A stretch of DNA of 64,000 nt from Clostridia bacterium (GTDB lineage Bacteria > Bacillota > Clostridia > Oscillospirales > CAG-272). A program made the translations under genes and the position numbers. The stretch spans positions 1,349 to 65,348 of the forward strand of contig JAFQPM010000021.1 of NCBI GenBank assembly GCA_017411745.1, in the 5' to 3' direction. The notes beneath the pieces are model-generated. The model worked only from the letters and a program-made list of their open reading frames with translations. It did no database searches and was not told the DNA's origin. This document shows positions 1-9,844 of this stretch, one piece after another; the stretch's first letter is position 1; each line of letters opens with the position of its first letter.

Positions 1-1
1 C

Positions 2-199
2 TTGCGAAGCATTTTCAACCTCGCCGGAATCGTTATGCCGCCAATTCTTCTTAACGGCAAGGTGGTAGGCAAATGGAAAAAGAAAAACGCGGATTTCACA
101 TTCACATTGTTTGAAACTGTCAGCGACAAAGAGAAAAAGATTATAAGTAATACCGCAGAAAATCTTTGGGATTCTATTTCAAAGATTACATTCGAATAA
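2..199 (+). CDS. C-terminal part of an AlkZ-like (HTH_42) DNA glycosylase / winged-helix protein, truncated by the window edge
   Basis: GIVMPPILLNGKVVGKWK resembles the AlkZ-family C-terminal motif; the ORF is open at the window start. Confidence 0.55.
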   Translation: MRSIFNLAGIVMPPILLNGKVVGKWKKKNADFTFTLFETVSDKEKKIISNTAENLWDSISKITFE

Positions 200-200
200 A

Positions 201-1130
201 ATGGAGGTAAAACTATTGGTAGAAGAAAGAACAACGCAAGCTCTCCCTATCGAGGAGATTAATCACTTGACTAAAACATTGGTAGATACAATGGCAGACG
301 GGACACCTAAAGAGATTGCCAAAGGCTTGGAATCGCAGTTTGTTGACCGTTCCACCGAACATCTTTACCGCAAGGTTACACCTACCGATCAGAGCGGTTC
401 AACCGAGGTATATAAATACGTAAAAGGCGAGATTGAAGGTGCCTTTATTCCCACTCGGCGCGATATGAAGCTTTCGTTCCCGCCTACGTGCTATTCGTCA
501 AACGATCCGATCACACTTCTCTATGAATCCAACTACAAGCTAATTCAGTATTGGACGCTTGCCATCTTGGAGAATGATGACATTATGGGTGCTTTTCTTG
601 AAGCAATGGCACAAGCAGGCGTTGATGGCAGCAATATCGACGATTTTCTCAATACCGAGTGTGCGGTATTGGCTCATCTTCAGCAAATGCCTATGATTGC
701 GAGCATTCAGCGCAAGATGCCCGACTACGACGATTTCAACCGCTTCAAACCGAACAATTTCAGATATCTTGACGCGCAGAAAAGGATTGAACATACGATG
801 AATGGCGAGCTTGTCACAAAAGTCTCTCTTGAAACCGACGGACCTGCTGACAAGGGTGGCAACTCAACTCCCCTTGAAATCGAGGCTCCCGATATGATTG
901 CAGAAATTACTACCGAAGTATGTATTCAACAGAGTATGAAAGCTCTTTCCGAAAAAGAGCAAAGTATCTTGCGGTTACGCTTACAAGGAAAGAATATGAC
1001 AGAGATTGCCTCTGCGCTTGGTTATCACGATGCAAGTGGTGTCAAGAAAGCAATAAAGCGTATTGGACAGAAGCTCATCGATGCAGGTGTAGTCGATGCC
1101 GAACAGTTGACGGGACGAAAGATTTCATAA
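201..1130 (+). CDS. Sigma-70 region-4-like HTH protein of a mobile element
   Basis: C-terminal LSEKEQSILRLRLQGKNMTEIASALGY..GVKKAIKRI; lies directly upstream of a serine recombinase. Confidence 0.6.
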   Translation: MEVKLLVEERTTQALPIEEINHLTKTLVDTMADGTPKEIAKGLESQFVDRSTEHLYRKVTPTDQSGSTEVYKYVKGEIEGAFIPTRRDMKLSFPPTCYSSNDPITLLYESNYKLIQYWTLAILENDDIMGAFLEAMAQAGVDGSNIDDFLNTECAVLAHLQQMPMIASIQRKMPDYDDFNRFKPNNFRYLDAQKRIEHTMNGELVTKVSLETDGPADKGGNSTPLEIEAPDMIAEITTEVCIQQSMKALSEKEQSILRLRLQGKNMTEIASALGYHDASGVKKAIKRIGQKLIDAGVVDAEQLTGRKIS

Positions 1131-1177
1131 TTGTGTCACCAATGGAGACACAATTTCAAAAAAACAATCTCACACAT

Positions 1178-1206
1178 TTGCAAGAAAATTTAGTATCTGT
1201 TATACT
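1178..1206 (+). promoter_or_regulatory. Sigma-A-type promoter of the recombinase
   Basis: TTGCAA-17 bp-TATACT, followed by AAGGA RBS and ATG at 1230. Confidence 0.6.
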
Positions 1207-1229
1207 CTTGGCAGAAAGGATGTGATATC

Positions 1230-2738
1230 ATGGCAAAAAAGCAAATAAATACTGACAGTTCCCTTCGAGCTGTAATATACGCCCGATATTCAAGTGAGAA
1301 TCAGCGTGAAGAATCTATCGAAGGTCAGCTTCGTGAATGTTATGCCTTCGCACGTAAGAATGATATTTCGGTAGTCGGTGAGTATATCGACCGTGCCTTC
1401 TCTGCCAAGACAGATAAACGCCCCGATTTTCAAAAGATGATTAAAGACAGCGCAAAGCGCAACTTTGATTTGGTCATTGTTTGGAAACTCGACCGTTTTG
1501 CACGTAACCGTTACGACTCCGCAAACTATAAAGCGGTTCTAAAGCGCAATGGCGTTAAGGTTATGTCTGCAACAGAATCCATCTCCGAAGGTTCGGAAGG
1601 TATTCTTTTGGAATCTGTACTTGAAGGTATGGCTGAATACTACTCTGCCGATCTCTCCGAAAAGGTTATTCGCGGACACACCGAAAATGCGCTGAAATGT
1701 AAATATAACGGTGGTACACTTCCTATCGGCTATACAACTGACAAGGATCAGACTTATCATATTGATCCGCTCACCGCACCTTTTGTTTTAGAGGCATATC
1801 AAAATTACGATGAAGGTATGACGATGAGCGAGATTGCAGCGATACTGAATCAGCATGAAGTCAAGAACACACGCGGCGGTCGTATCAGCATTGATAACGT
1901 GGCAAGCCTTTTGAAGAACCGACGTTATACAGGAGAATATATTTACCGCGACATTGTGGTTCCCGACGGTATTCCCTCCATCGTTCCAAAAGATTTGTTT
2001 GATCGAGTTCAAGAAAAGATTGCTAAAAACAAAAAAGCTCCCGCTCGACATAAAGCGGAAGACGATTATATTCTCACAACAAAATTGTTTTGCGGTGAAT
2101 GTAAATCCTTGATGGTGGGAGAATCGGGCACAAGTGCAACCAAGCAGGTGTATCATTATTACAAATGTGTCAGCGCAAAGAAACATACGGGTTGTCATAT
2201 GAAACCGCTACGCAAGGCTTGGATCGAAGATGTTGTAGTAGAGGAAATAAAAAAAGCACTACACGATGATAAACTGATTGACGATATCGTTCATATGTTT
2301 ATGGAGTTTCAGCAAAAAGAAAACACTGTTATTCCCCATCTTGAACACGAGCTTGCCGAAGCAGAAAAAGCAATCAATAATATGCTGAACGCCATTGAGC
2401 AAGGCATCATTACGCCCATGACCAAGAAACGATTGGATGCGCTCGAAGAAAAGCACCGTAACATTGAAACGGAGATTATCAAAGAAAAGATGAAGCGTCC
2501 ACTATTTACCGAAGAACAAGTGAGATTTTGGTTTGAGCGTATGCGCGAATACGACATAACAGTATTGGAGCAACGCAAACGATTGATCGATACCTTCGTC
2601 AATGCTATATTCGTTTATAATGACCGTCTTCTGTTCACATTCAACTACAAACGCGATGCAAAAACAGTTCTGTTTTCAGATCTGAAAAGTTCGGATATAA
2701 CTAAAGGTGTTAGACCAAAAAAGCATTGGAAACATTAG
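1230..2738 (+). CDS. Large serine recombinase (integrase)
   Basis: YARYS catalytic Ser motif, DRPDFQKM, WKLDRFARN, recombinase domain, Zn ribbon (CGEC..YYKC..C), coiled coil. Confidence 0.95.
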   Translation: MAKKQINTDSSLRAVIYARYSSENQREESIEGQLRECYAFARKNDISVVGEYIDRAFSAKTDKRPDFQKMIKDSAKRNFDLVIVWKLDRFARNRYDSANYKAVLKRNGVKVMSATESISEGSEGILLESVLEGMAEYYSADLSEKVIRGHTENALKCKYNGGTLPIGYTTDKDQTYHIDPLTAPFVLEAYQNYDEGMTMSEIAAILNQHEVKNTRGGRISIDNVASLLKNRRYTGEYIYRDIVVPDGIPSIVPKDLFDRVQEKIAKNKKAPARHKAEDDYILTTKLFCGECKSLMVGESGTSATKQVYHYYKCVSAKKHTGCHMKPLRKAWIEDVVVEEIKKALHDDKLIDDIVHMFMEFQQKENTVIPHLEHELAEAEKAINNMLNAIEQGIITPMTKKRLDALEEKHRNIETEIIKEKMKRPLFTEEQVRFWFERMREYDITVLEQRKRLIDTFVNAIFVYNDRLLFTFNYKRDAKTVLFSDLKSSDITKGVRPKKHWKH

Positions 2739-2757
2739 AGTTTTCAATGCTTTTTTT
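2717..2757 (+). terminator. Rho-independent terminator after a tRNA-3'-like AGACCA; left island junction
   Basis: AAAAAAGCATTGGAA..TTTTCAATGCTTTTTTT; near-identical hairpin at 28214-28252. Confidence 0.65.
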
Positions 2758-2763
2758 GTGCTT

Positions 2764-2806
2764 GTTACGCAAAACTTTATGAGGTGTTACGCAATTTGCT
2801 ACGCAG
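2764..2806 (+). repeat. Three GYYACGCA boxes (candidate integrase arm sites, left end)
   Basis: GTTACGCAA at 2764 and 2786, GCTACGCAG at 2798; spacing 22 and 12 bp. Confidence 0.6.
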
Positions 2807-2849
2807 ATTGGGTAACACCTTGCTTTTGGGAGGCATTAGACTATTCCAT

Positions 2850-4106
2850 TTATTCAGTTGTCCATGAACTGTACGAGCTAGTATTAAATAATGCCTCTAA
2901 ATTTGAAATAAGTGCCGGCTGCTTTCTAATTTTAAACAAACTAATGTATGCTTTATACTGTTTTGCTAATTGATCCCGCTTATTTGTACTATATTCATCG
3001 CCTAATATTTCGCGATATAATTCATCATCTATTCCCAAAAAAGACTCCAAATCTTGTGGTATATATTTTATGGATAGCAAATTATTTGATGTCATTACCA
3101 ATTGATTTAAATAAGAATTAATCTCATACGGCAACTTTCCTTCTTTGCCATCATCTCTATCAAACACACCAACAACATGCTTATGTAATGCGACAAACAG
3201 TTTAATCAAAAAAGGTGCTTGATATTTACCATTGCAATAAAACACATTCTGCGTATGTTGAATCAATTTGGGACTCTCCTCTAGAACACATCTCTCGGTA
3301 AGTCCTTCTAAAAGAAAAATCTCATTATAAAACAGCGACCGATAAAACTCTTGTGACGAAAGCAATCTCTTCAAAAACAAATATTCAACCTTTTCGGGTT
3401 TAGAGTACTCCAAAATATCCCCATATCCTGGAAGAGTAGAAAGCTTAATTCCAGATATTTCTGTTCCAGTTGAACGGTAAATATTTTCTATTTGTTGAAA
3501 AGTTAAATTTATATAATCTCCGTACATCTTAGGTAAAAGATAAATAGAGTCTATATCAATTCTCAAAACTTCTAACAATCGGGGATTATGTGTTACAAAG
3601 ACAACGGTTTTATCGTTAATAACAAGAGATTCAAATATTCTTTGAACCAATTTTATTGATTGATCATCCAAAAAATTTTCAGGTTCATCGAAGAAAAAAA
3701 TCTTAATATTGTTTAGGTTAAGAGAAAGAATAATGTCCAAAATATTATTAAGTTTTTTTGAACCGGAAGAAATAAACTTTACGTTCAACTGGCGTTTGCA
3801 GTCCTCCGCAACGGAAATAATTGCTCTTGACGATTCATCAATTTCAACTTGCTCAGCTTCAAAACTATCCTTACCTCTATTCGATTCATCAATATAAAGA
3901 TACTTATTGTCTACGCGTTGTACTTTGCTTCTAGTGATATTGCAAGTATATCCCCCATCTTCGTCAATCAGCAATGACTCTCCATTGCACTGTCCATGCA
4001 TAAATCTTAAAGAATATGACTTGCCAACTGTGTTTGGACCAACAATTGCAAACAATCTCTTCTCGCGAGAAGTACGAATAATATTTAACAATTCATTACT
4101 GTTCAT
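2850..4106 (-). CDS. OLD-like ABC-ATPase + TOPRIM nuclease
   Basis: Walker A GPNTVGKS, Walker B FFFDEPEN, H-loop VTHNP, TOPRIM LLEGLTE and FDRD. Confidence 0.8.
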   Translation of the reverse strand: MNSNELLNIIRTSREKRLFAIVGPNTVGKSYSLRFMHGQCNGESLLIDEDGGYTCNITRSKVQRVDNKYLYIDESNRGKDSFEAEQVEIDESSRAIISVAEDCKRQLNVKFISSGSKKLNNILDIILSLNLNNIKIFFFDEPENFLDDQSIKLVQRIFESLVINDKTVVFVTHNPRLLEVLRIDIDSIYLLPKMYGDYINLTFQQIENIYRSTGTEISGIKLSTLPGYGDILEYSKPEKVEYLFLKRLLSSQEFYRSLFYNEIFLLEGLTERCVLEESPKLIQHTQNVFYCNGKYQAPFLIKLFVALHKHVVGVFDRDDGKEGKLPYEINSYLNQLVMTSNNLLSIKYIPQDLESFLGIDDELYREILGDEYSTNKRDQLAKQYKAYISLFKIRKQPALISNLEALFNTSSYSSWTTE

Positions 4107-5466
4107 TTAGATACCTCAGCAAAACATATGAAAAGCCTTCATAATAATCATGCAACATATCCGCAGATAGTTTCAAAGAATTATCTAATATTTTTTTAAA
4201 TAAATCTTGCTTATCAGGAACCAATCGCAAGTCTTCTAGTTTAATATTGGCAATTTTAAGCGTCTTTGTAATTATTGTTGCTAATTCTTCTGTTGTATTT
4301 GGGATTTCAAAACTTAGCTCTTCTTCAAATGCTATATGTTCATAATGGCTTCTGTAATAATCTGCTAGTTGCTGGTAAAAATTCTCTTTTTCAGTATAAT
4401 CAAACCGTGCCCCAAGCTGCCAAGCGAACATAGCCTCAGATATAAATGGCTTAAAAATATCTTTGATATTAAATGGTTTTAATTCATTCTTCAATTCATC
4501 TGGGAACTTGTTAAACTCTCCCTCCCAAAAAACAATAGCGTTATCCAAGAAATCTACCAATACGCTAGGAAACTCATTACTTTTTGGAATCAACTGTAAA
4601 CCATAAACAAAATAATACTTTTTCAAAACCGTTATAACATCTGTCTTAAACGGAACTAAGCCTGCATTGATATCGTCATTATAATTGTTAGGATTTAGTG
4701 CTCGCATTTCCTGATTATCGAGTGAAATTACTGATATATCGTTGTTAATGTCTTGACTTAAACATGATTTGAGTTTGTCAACATCTAATCTCTTCGAACC
4801 TTGAATCCAAAGTAATGGACCATGTTCTTTAGTAAAAGATGTGTTATCTGAATTAAAAGTAATATGGTACTTCCCGTCCTCTTCTTCATATTCACCAGTT
4901 TCACCATCGTAATTGGCATTGCGTTTTCTATATTCAAAATCAGCATACAAATCAAAACTGTCACTATACGCATCGTTAATTAAGCTTTCTATAGAAAGAA
5001 AAGATAACGTTATCAGTTTCTCTTTCGTGTTTTCCTTTTGCAATATGCGCGGGTTGATTAATTTATTATAAGCATTGTATTCTTGATTAATAATGTCGCC
5101 ATCACCAAAATCAATATATATTAGCTCTTCCGATGACAGTAAAATTGGATTAAAACCATATTTTTTTATTCCATTGCAATTGAACTCCACAATTATGTTA
5201 TGACAACATGAATTAAAATCATCATCGCAACAGTACATAGATGACTGGCTTAAGTTGTTTTGTATCCAGGTTTGTTTTATTTTTTTACCCTTGGGAACCA
5301 AGACTAGTTTTAAATAAAATTCCTCATAGTTAAATTCTTCACCAAAAATGCTACCGCAGTCATAAAGTGCAGGTATTCGTTCTTCAATACACTGTTTGTA
5401 ATATGTGTCAAAAATACTTTCTACAGTTTCTCTCCAATTATTTGATCGTTTAATATCTTTCAGCAT
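4096..5466 (-). CDS. Hypothetical 456-aa protein overlapping the start of the OLD-like gene
   Basis: Long AT-rich ORF with GGAGG RBS; 11-bp overlap with the next gene. Confidence 0.75.
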   Translation of the reverse strand: MLKDIKRSNNWRETVESIFDTYYKQCIEERIPALYDCGSIFGEEFNYEEFYLKLVLVPKGKKIKQTWIQNNLSQSSMYCCDDDFNSCCHNIIVEFNCNGIKKYGFNPILLSSEELIYIDFGDGDIINQEYNAYNKLINPRILQKENTKEKLITLSFLSIESLINDAYSDSFDLYADFEYRKRNANYDGETGEYEEEDGKYHITFNSDNTSFTKEHGPLLWIQGSKRLDVDKLKSCLSQDINNDISVISLDNQEMRALNPNNYNDDINAGLVPFKTDVITVLKKYYFVYGLQLIPKSNEFPSVLVDFLDNAIVFWEGEFNKFPDELKNELKPFNIKDIFKPFISEAMFAWQLGARFDYTEKENFYQQLADYYRSHYEHIAFEEELSFEIPNTTEELATIITKTLKIANIKLEDLRLVPDKQDLFKKILDNSLKLSADMLHDYYEGFSYVLLRYLNEQ

Positions 5467-5508
5467 TTTTAATCCTCCAGTTCGTATTTCTAATTAAACA
5501 CTAGTTCT

Positions 5509-6033
5509 TCAAGCAAAATACCATCGTCCGTTTTCAACAACAATGATTTCCTCGCTAAGTAATAGTTCAACACAAATATATGGTCCGGCCTCTTCGTCAT
5601 CTTCATCAATTTTTACTCGTATCTTGTATTCCAAGTTATTACTGTCATAATAAGAAATAATATCATGATGGTAACAATCAGTATCATCACATAAACAAGC
5701 ATCCCAAACTACTTTATATCCTTCTTCACTTTCAAAATGTCTTGAATCATAAAACACCTTGGTTCTATATGTATCTTCCGTTGCATTTTCAAACGGTTCT
5801 ATACCTTTGTTCGAAAGCTCGGCAAGCTCATTAAGCATATTAACAAATTTTATAGTTTCAATATTGATCATTTTATCTCTCCTTATACTTGTAAATATCA
5901 TTTGGAAAACATACTCGGGAGGGTTTGATATTCCCTGCTCCCAATTTCTTAGAGTTCCAACAGGAATTCCAAAATGCTCGGCAAATTGCCGCTGAGATAG
6001 ACCTGTTATTCGTCTTAATTCGCTGATTTGCAT
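5509..6033 (-). CDS. XRE-family HTH regulator with an acidic C-terminal domain
   Basis: ISELRRITGLSQRQFAEHFGIPVGTLRNWEQG. Confidence 0.85.
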   Translation of the reverse strand: MQISELRRITGLSQRQFAEHFGIPVGTLRNWEQGISNPPEYVFQMIFTSIRRDKMINIETIKFVNMLNELAELSNKGIEPFENATEDTYRTKVFYDSRHFESEEGYKVVWDACLCDDTDCYHHDIISYYDSNNLEYKIRVKIDEDDEEAGPYICVELLLSEEIIVVENGRWYFA

Positions 6034-6059
6034 TTCAATACCTCATTTCTCATTCTCTA

Positions 6060-6113
6060 TACACAATTTGTGTACCTTGACTATATTATACACAGATTGT
6101 GTACTCTTGTCAA
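6060..6113 (-). promoter_or_regulatory. Promoter with two palindromic operators
   Basis: TTGACA-17-TATAAT on the minus strand; TACACA-N3-TGTGTA at 6060-6074 and 6089-6103, the latter lying across the -35/-10 spacer. Confidence 0.7.
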
Positions 6114-6162
6114 TAGTTTTTGGAAAATTTGTATTTTTTTATTAGAAAAATCATAAATTCTA

Positions 6163-6190
6163 TTGACTTTTCAAATATTTTGTGTATAAT
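6163..6190 (+). promoter_or_regulatory. Divergent promoter of the nucleotidyltransferase
   Basis: TTGACT-16-TATAAT, with TG extended -10. Confidence 0.55.
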
Positions 6191-6251
6191 TAAATGATTT
6201 AATGAGAGTTAAATGGACGGTTAGGGAGATTTGAAAAGGAGATATATAGAT

Positions 6252-6893
6252 ATGCAACACGATTTTCGCTATGTATCAAACAATGAAGCAAAAGACGTCA
6301 AGAAAGAATTAATTGAGATAATTCACCAGGTTCAAGACGCTGTTCGAGACCATTTTACTTTCAATTATTGGTTTATCGGAAGTTCTGATCGCAATATGAT
6401 CACCTATGATGCAAAATCAAATATTGGATTTGATTTTGACATTAACATCCAAGTGAATGATGACGAAGAAGATTATTCACCTGAAGAAATAAAACGTATT
6501 CTTCGACTGGCATTTGATAGCGTTGTTCTCAGATATGGCTATGATCATTGCGAGGATTCTACTCGTGTATTAACGATAAAATTCAAAGATAGAGCTCATT
6601 CAAGCATTTTACATAGTTGTGATTTTGCTATAGTATACAACTGTGGAAATGGTAGACAGCAATACATACACTTCAACAAGAAACAAATACAATACAGTTG
6701 GGAATATCAGCCTAAAGGATATCAATTACTTCCCCAAAAGATTGAATGGATAAAAGCGAATGGATTATGGGGTACTCTTCGTGATCTATATATCGAAAAG
6801 AAAAACTATAATGATAATCCTGATAAGCATTCACGAGCAATATTCGCGGAAACTGTTGCTGAAATATGCCAAAAATATGGGTATCATAATTAA
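6252..6893 (+). CDS. Pol-beta-superfamily nucleotidyltransferase (small, CD-NTase/cGAS-like)
   Basis: FIGSSDRNMIT..GFDFDINI (hGS..DxD) and a third acidic residue in SCDFAIV; AGGAG RBS before ATG 6252. Confidence 0.65.
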   Translation: MQHDFRYVSNNEAKDVKKELIEIIHQVQDAVRDHFTFNYWFIGSSDRNMITYDAKSNIGFDFDINIQVNDDEEDYSPEEIKRILRLAFDSVVLRYGYDHCEDSTRVLTIKFKDRAHSSILHSCDFAIVYNCGNGRQQYIHFNKKQIQYSWEYQPKGYQLLPQKIEWIKANGLWGTLRDLYIEKKNYNDNPDKHSRAIFAETVAEICQKYGYHN

Positions 6894-6899
6894 GTAGTA

Positions 6900-6927
6900 A
6901 AGGCGGCTCTTTGTTTGAGTCGCCTTA
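6900..6927 (+). terminator. Terminator hairpin
   Basis: AAGGCGGCTC..GAGTCGCCTT. Confidence 0.5.
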
Positions 6928-7029
6928 TACATTTGATCATTATTTGCAACCTTTCCGCAAACAATTCTCTCCCCCTATTCGCGAACGAGAGATTTCACGA
7001 TATAATTATCTTATCTTAAACAAACAGGA

Positions 7030-7329
7030 GTGATAATTATGAAATCTATTCTTGAAGAATTGTGGTATGGCAACATCTGCCCGAGCGCAAGATGTTTAGA
7101 AGCTACCGCCGAGACAAAACAACTTATTGAGTACATAGCTAATCACCATAACAACCTATCGTCTACGCTCACAGAACAGCAAAAAGAGATTTTGGAGAAG
7201 TTTGATGATTGTAGTTGTGAGCTTATGGATATCAATGAGAGAGATATTTTTCTCTATGCCTTTAAGCTTGGCATGAGGATAGCTATCGAAGTTCTCTCCC
7301 CTTGTTCTGACCAACGAGGTGAGCTATGA
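7030..7329 (+). CDS. DUF6809-like small protein
   Basis: MKSILEELWYGNICP..FLYAFKLGMRIAIEV pattern. Confidence 0.65.
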   Translation: MIIMKSILEELWYGNICPSARCLEATAETKQLIEYIANHHNNLSSTLTEQQKEILEKFDDCSCELMDINERDIFLYAFKLGMRIAIEVLSPCSDQRGEL

Positions 7330-8510
7330 CCGGTTGTATAGCGCAAAGGAAAGACGTTTATTACGTTCGTCTAGTCTACTATGACAAGAATCATTACAGA
7401 AAAGAAAAATGGATCAGCACGGGTCTTTCGGGTCGTGGAGCTAGGCAAAAAGCTACGGCAATGATCGATTCGATGATTGAGAAATACAGCTACCTTGAAA
7501 AGAGTGAGCATCCCGCCAAGATGGCTGACTACCTTAAGATGTGGAAAGAGCTGCAAATAGATGAGGTTGCAGAAACAACTTTTGATGGCTATCACACTTA
7601 CGTTGATCGGCACCTAATTCCCTATTTTAAAGTTCTGAACATAAACATTCAAGATATCACCGCGGGACACGTAATGGATTATCTCAATTATCTTTCAAAG
7701 GACGGCGGTCGGAAGGATAATAAGATCGGTGGTCAGTCCAACAATTCAATCAGAAAGATAATGAGTATTCTGCGCAAGGTATTCGATTATGCGGTTCTGT
7801 ATGGAGACATAAAAATCAATCCCGCGCTTCAAGTTCCTATGCCTCAAAAAGAAAAGAACAAAAGCAAGCGTCAGGTCTTTCTCACCGCTGAAGAAGCTCA
7901 AAAGATGCTCGACGCTTTTCAAAATGAAGAGATTGGTCCCATTGTTTTCGTTACTCTCTACTACGGTCTCCGAAAGTCTGAAGCGCTTGGTCTTCGCTGG
8001 CAAGCGGTTGATTTTGAGAACGATACCATAAGCATTAATCACACAGTTGTAGGCGGCTCTCATATCGTTGCAAAAGACTCTACCAAAACTTATTGCAGCG
8101 AGCGAACCTATCAGCTGCTGCCTGACATCAAAGCTCTACTCTTGAAGTTGAAAGACCAGCAAGCTGACTACAAGCGACGGCTTGGTTCCGGCTACCATAA
8201 TAACGATTATATCTTTAAGAATCCAAACGGTGTGCCCTACCGTCCCGATAGCCTTACGCGGAGTTTTAAGCGTGCCCTGGAGCGTCATGGACTGCCGCAG
8301 ATGCGCTATCACGATCTTCGACATTCAACAGCTAGTATCCTTGTTGACAAGGGTTGGGACATTAACTCAATTAAAGAATGGTTAGGACACGCGGACATTT
8401 CGACTACTGCGAATATTTATGCGCATATGAGTAAAAAGAAGAAGGTTTCCTTGGCAAAAGATTTGGATAAGACACTTACGTTTGAGCAGAAATCGGATTC
8501 TTCAGCTTGA
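7326..8510 (+). CDS. Tyrosine recombinase/integrase
   Basis: GLRKSEALGLRW, HDLRHS, WLGHADISTTANIYAH (R-H-R-H-Y); N-terminal arm-binding-like domain. Confidence 0.95.
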   Translation: MTGCIAQRKDVYYVRLVYYDKNHYRKEKWISTGLSGRGARQKATAMIDSMIEKYSYLEKSEHPAKMADYLKMWKELQIDEVAETTFDGYHTYVDRHLIPYFKVLNINIQDITAGHVMDYLNYLSKDGGRKDNKIGGQSNNSIRKIMSILRKVFDYAVLYGDIKINPALQVPMPQKEKNKSKRQVFLTAEEAQKMLDAFQNEEIGPIVFVTLYYGLRKSEALGLRWQAVDFENDTISINHTVVGGSHIVAKDSTKTYCSERTYQLLPDIKALLLKLKDQQADYKRRLGSGYHNNDYIFKNPNGVPYRPDSLTRSFKRALERHGLPQMRYHDLRHSTASILVDKGWDINSIKEWLGHADISTTANIYAHMSKKKKVSLAKDLDKTLTFEQKSDSSA

Positions 8511-8600
8511 TTGTTTATTCTATCTGCTAAATTATATAGAATGATAATATTTTGTCCTCTGTTATCGTTCAATTATTTACTGATAGAAAGAAGAATTAAA

Positions 8601-8987
8601 ATGGAAATTAAAGAAAAAACTAATGAAAAAACTCCAGAAAAGATTGTTAACAAGACAACTGAAACTCTGGTAAAAGAATTAGAAACTATGAGTGATACAG
8701 GATTACATGATCTGTTTATGTTTTTTTACAAGCTCAACTGCAACCAGTCAAACATGATTTATGGGGATAAGTTTAATGAATTTTTAGCTGCCTTTAACAG
8801 CAATCCATTCAGACATCATGAAGACAAGATGTTTAGAAAAGAACTCATAGAAAACTTGATAAAGTTCAGTTATGACCATATGAGTCTATTGACTGCAACT
8901 CTACTGCTCAAGAAGAAATTCACTATTGATGAAGTAATTCAAAACTACTACTCAACGGTAGATGCTTTTGGATATGATATGTTTTAA
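8601..8987 (+). CDS. Hypothetical protein (weak member of the local paralogue family)
   Basis: ORF from ATG 8601; TLVKELETMSDTGLHDLF resembles a motif in its neighbours. Confidence 0.55.
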   Translation: MEIKEKTNEKTPEKIVNKTTETLVKELETMSDTGLHDLFMFFYKLNCNQSNMIYGDKFNEFLAAFNSNPFRHHEDKMFRKELIENLIKFSYDHMSLLTATLLLKKKFTIDEVIQNYYSTVDAFGYDMF

Positions 8988-9153
8988 ATAAGGACGCTTT
9001 GATAGGACAAAATATCATTGTGTTTACTAATAAAGGTCGGTGTTTGGAACATCGACCTTTTTGTATGCTCAACGCATAAATATGCGCTAAATTAAATGAA
9101 GAATGTAAAAAGCTCAAGATGTAGTTGGGTCAAGAATTGAGAGGAATTAAGAA

Positions 9154-9618
9154 ATGGATAATAAGACAAAGATATTAAAAAGACATTTAAGAAGTAAGTT
9201 AGAAGTGATGGATAAAGAAGAGTTCAAGCTGTTTTATAGCATCTTGGTTCATTACTGGGTTAATAATAAATTCTTTATCAGTAAAATGAATTTCTTTAAT
9301 ATGTGGTGTGAACTGAACAAGCTTTGTCATGAGGTAGATGAAAGCTTTCCTGACCGGTATGATGATCATACTCTGGTCAAGGATTTCTGTATAGCACACC
9401 CCTTCTATTTTGTTGATATACTCAGTCTGAAACTGGTCAAATCTCTCTTCTGGAGGTACATGGATAAGGACCTAGAAGTAATTATTATAGCTATGAAAAA
9501 GCTCCACAGAGAAGGTTTAAGGGCTGCCTATGAGTATATAAATGAGGCTATGGGCTTGTCTGAAAACATTGATGAACTAGTACAAGAAACAGAAGAACAC
9601 ATAAAAGAGTTTTCTTAA
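9154..9618 (+). CDS. Hypothetical protein (local paralogue family)
   Basis: GAGGA RBS; aligns by eye with the C-termini of 12843-13655 and 14284-15147. Confidence 0.7.
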   Translation: MDNKTKILKRHLRSKLEVMDKEEFKLFYSILVHYWVNNKFFISKMNFFNMWCELNKLCHEVDESFPDRYDDHTLVKDFCIAHPFYFVDILSLKLVKSLFWRYMDKDLEVIIIAMKKLHREGLRAAYEYINEAMGLSENIDELVQETEEHIKEFS

Positions 9619-9641
9619 TTTCTACATTTCATATATAACTC

Positions 9642-9692
9642 AAAACAAAGCAACATTGAAATTTCTATGGCTTTCAATGTTGCTTTGTTTTT
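9642..9692. terminator. Bidirectional terminator
   Basis: AAAACAAAGCAACATTGAAA..TTTCAATGTTGCTTTGTTTT. Confidence 0.7.
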
Positions 9693-9713
9693 ACTATGAA
9701 CTGTGTTTATTGT

Positions 9714-9844
9714 TTTACGTTTTACACCTATTGTATAGCTACTTTACATACTCTACATACCATACATTTATTTCTTAACATAATGCTCACTGTCAATGCT
9801 TTTTTTACATTTCAGCATTTACGTTTTACACCTATTGTATAGCT
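9714..9844. repeat. Two exact 27-bp direct repeats (candidate origin)
   Basis: TTTACGTTTTACACCTATTGTATAGCT at 9714 and 9818. Confidence 0.75.

Noticed and set aside
2850-5466. Gabija or retron call for the OLD-like gene
   Set aside because: The partner lacks UvrD helicase motifs and a YADD-type RT motif
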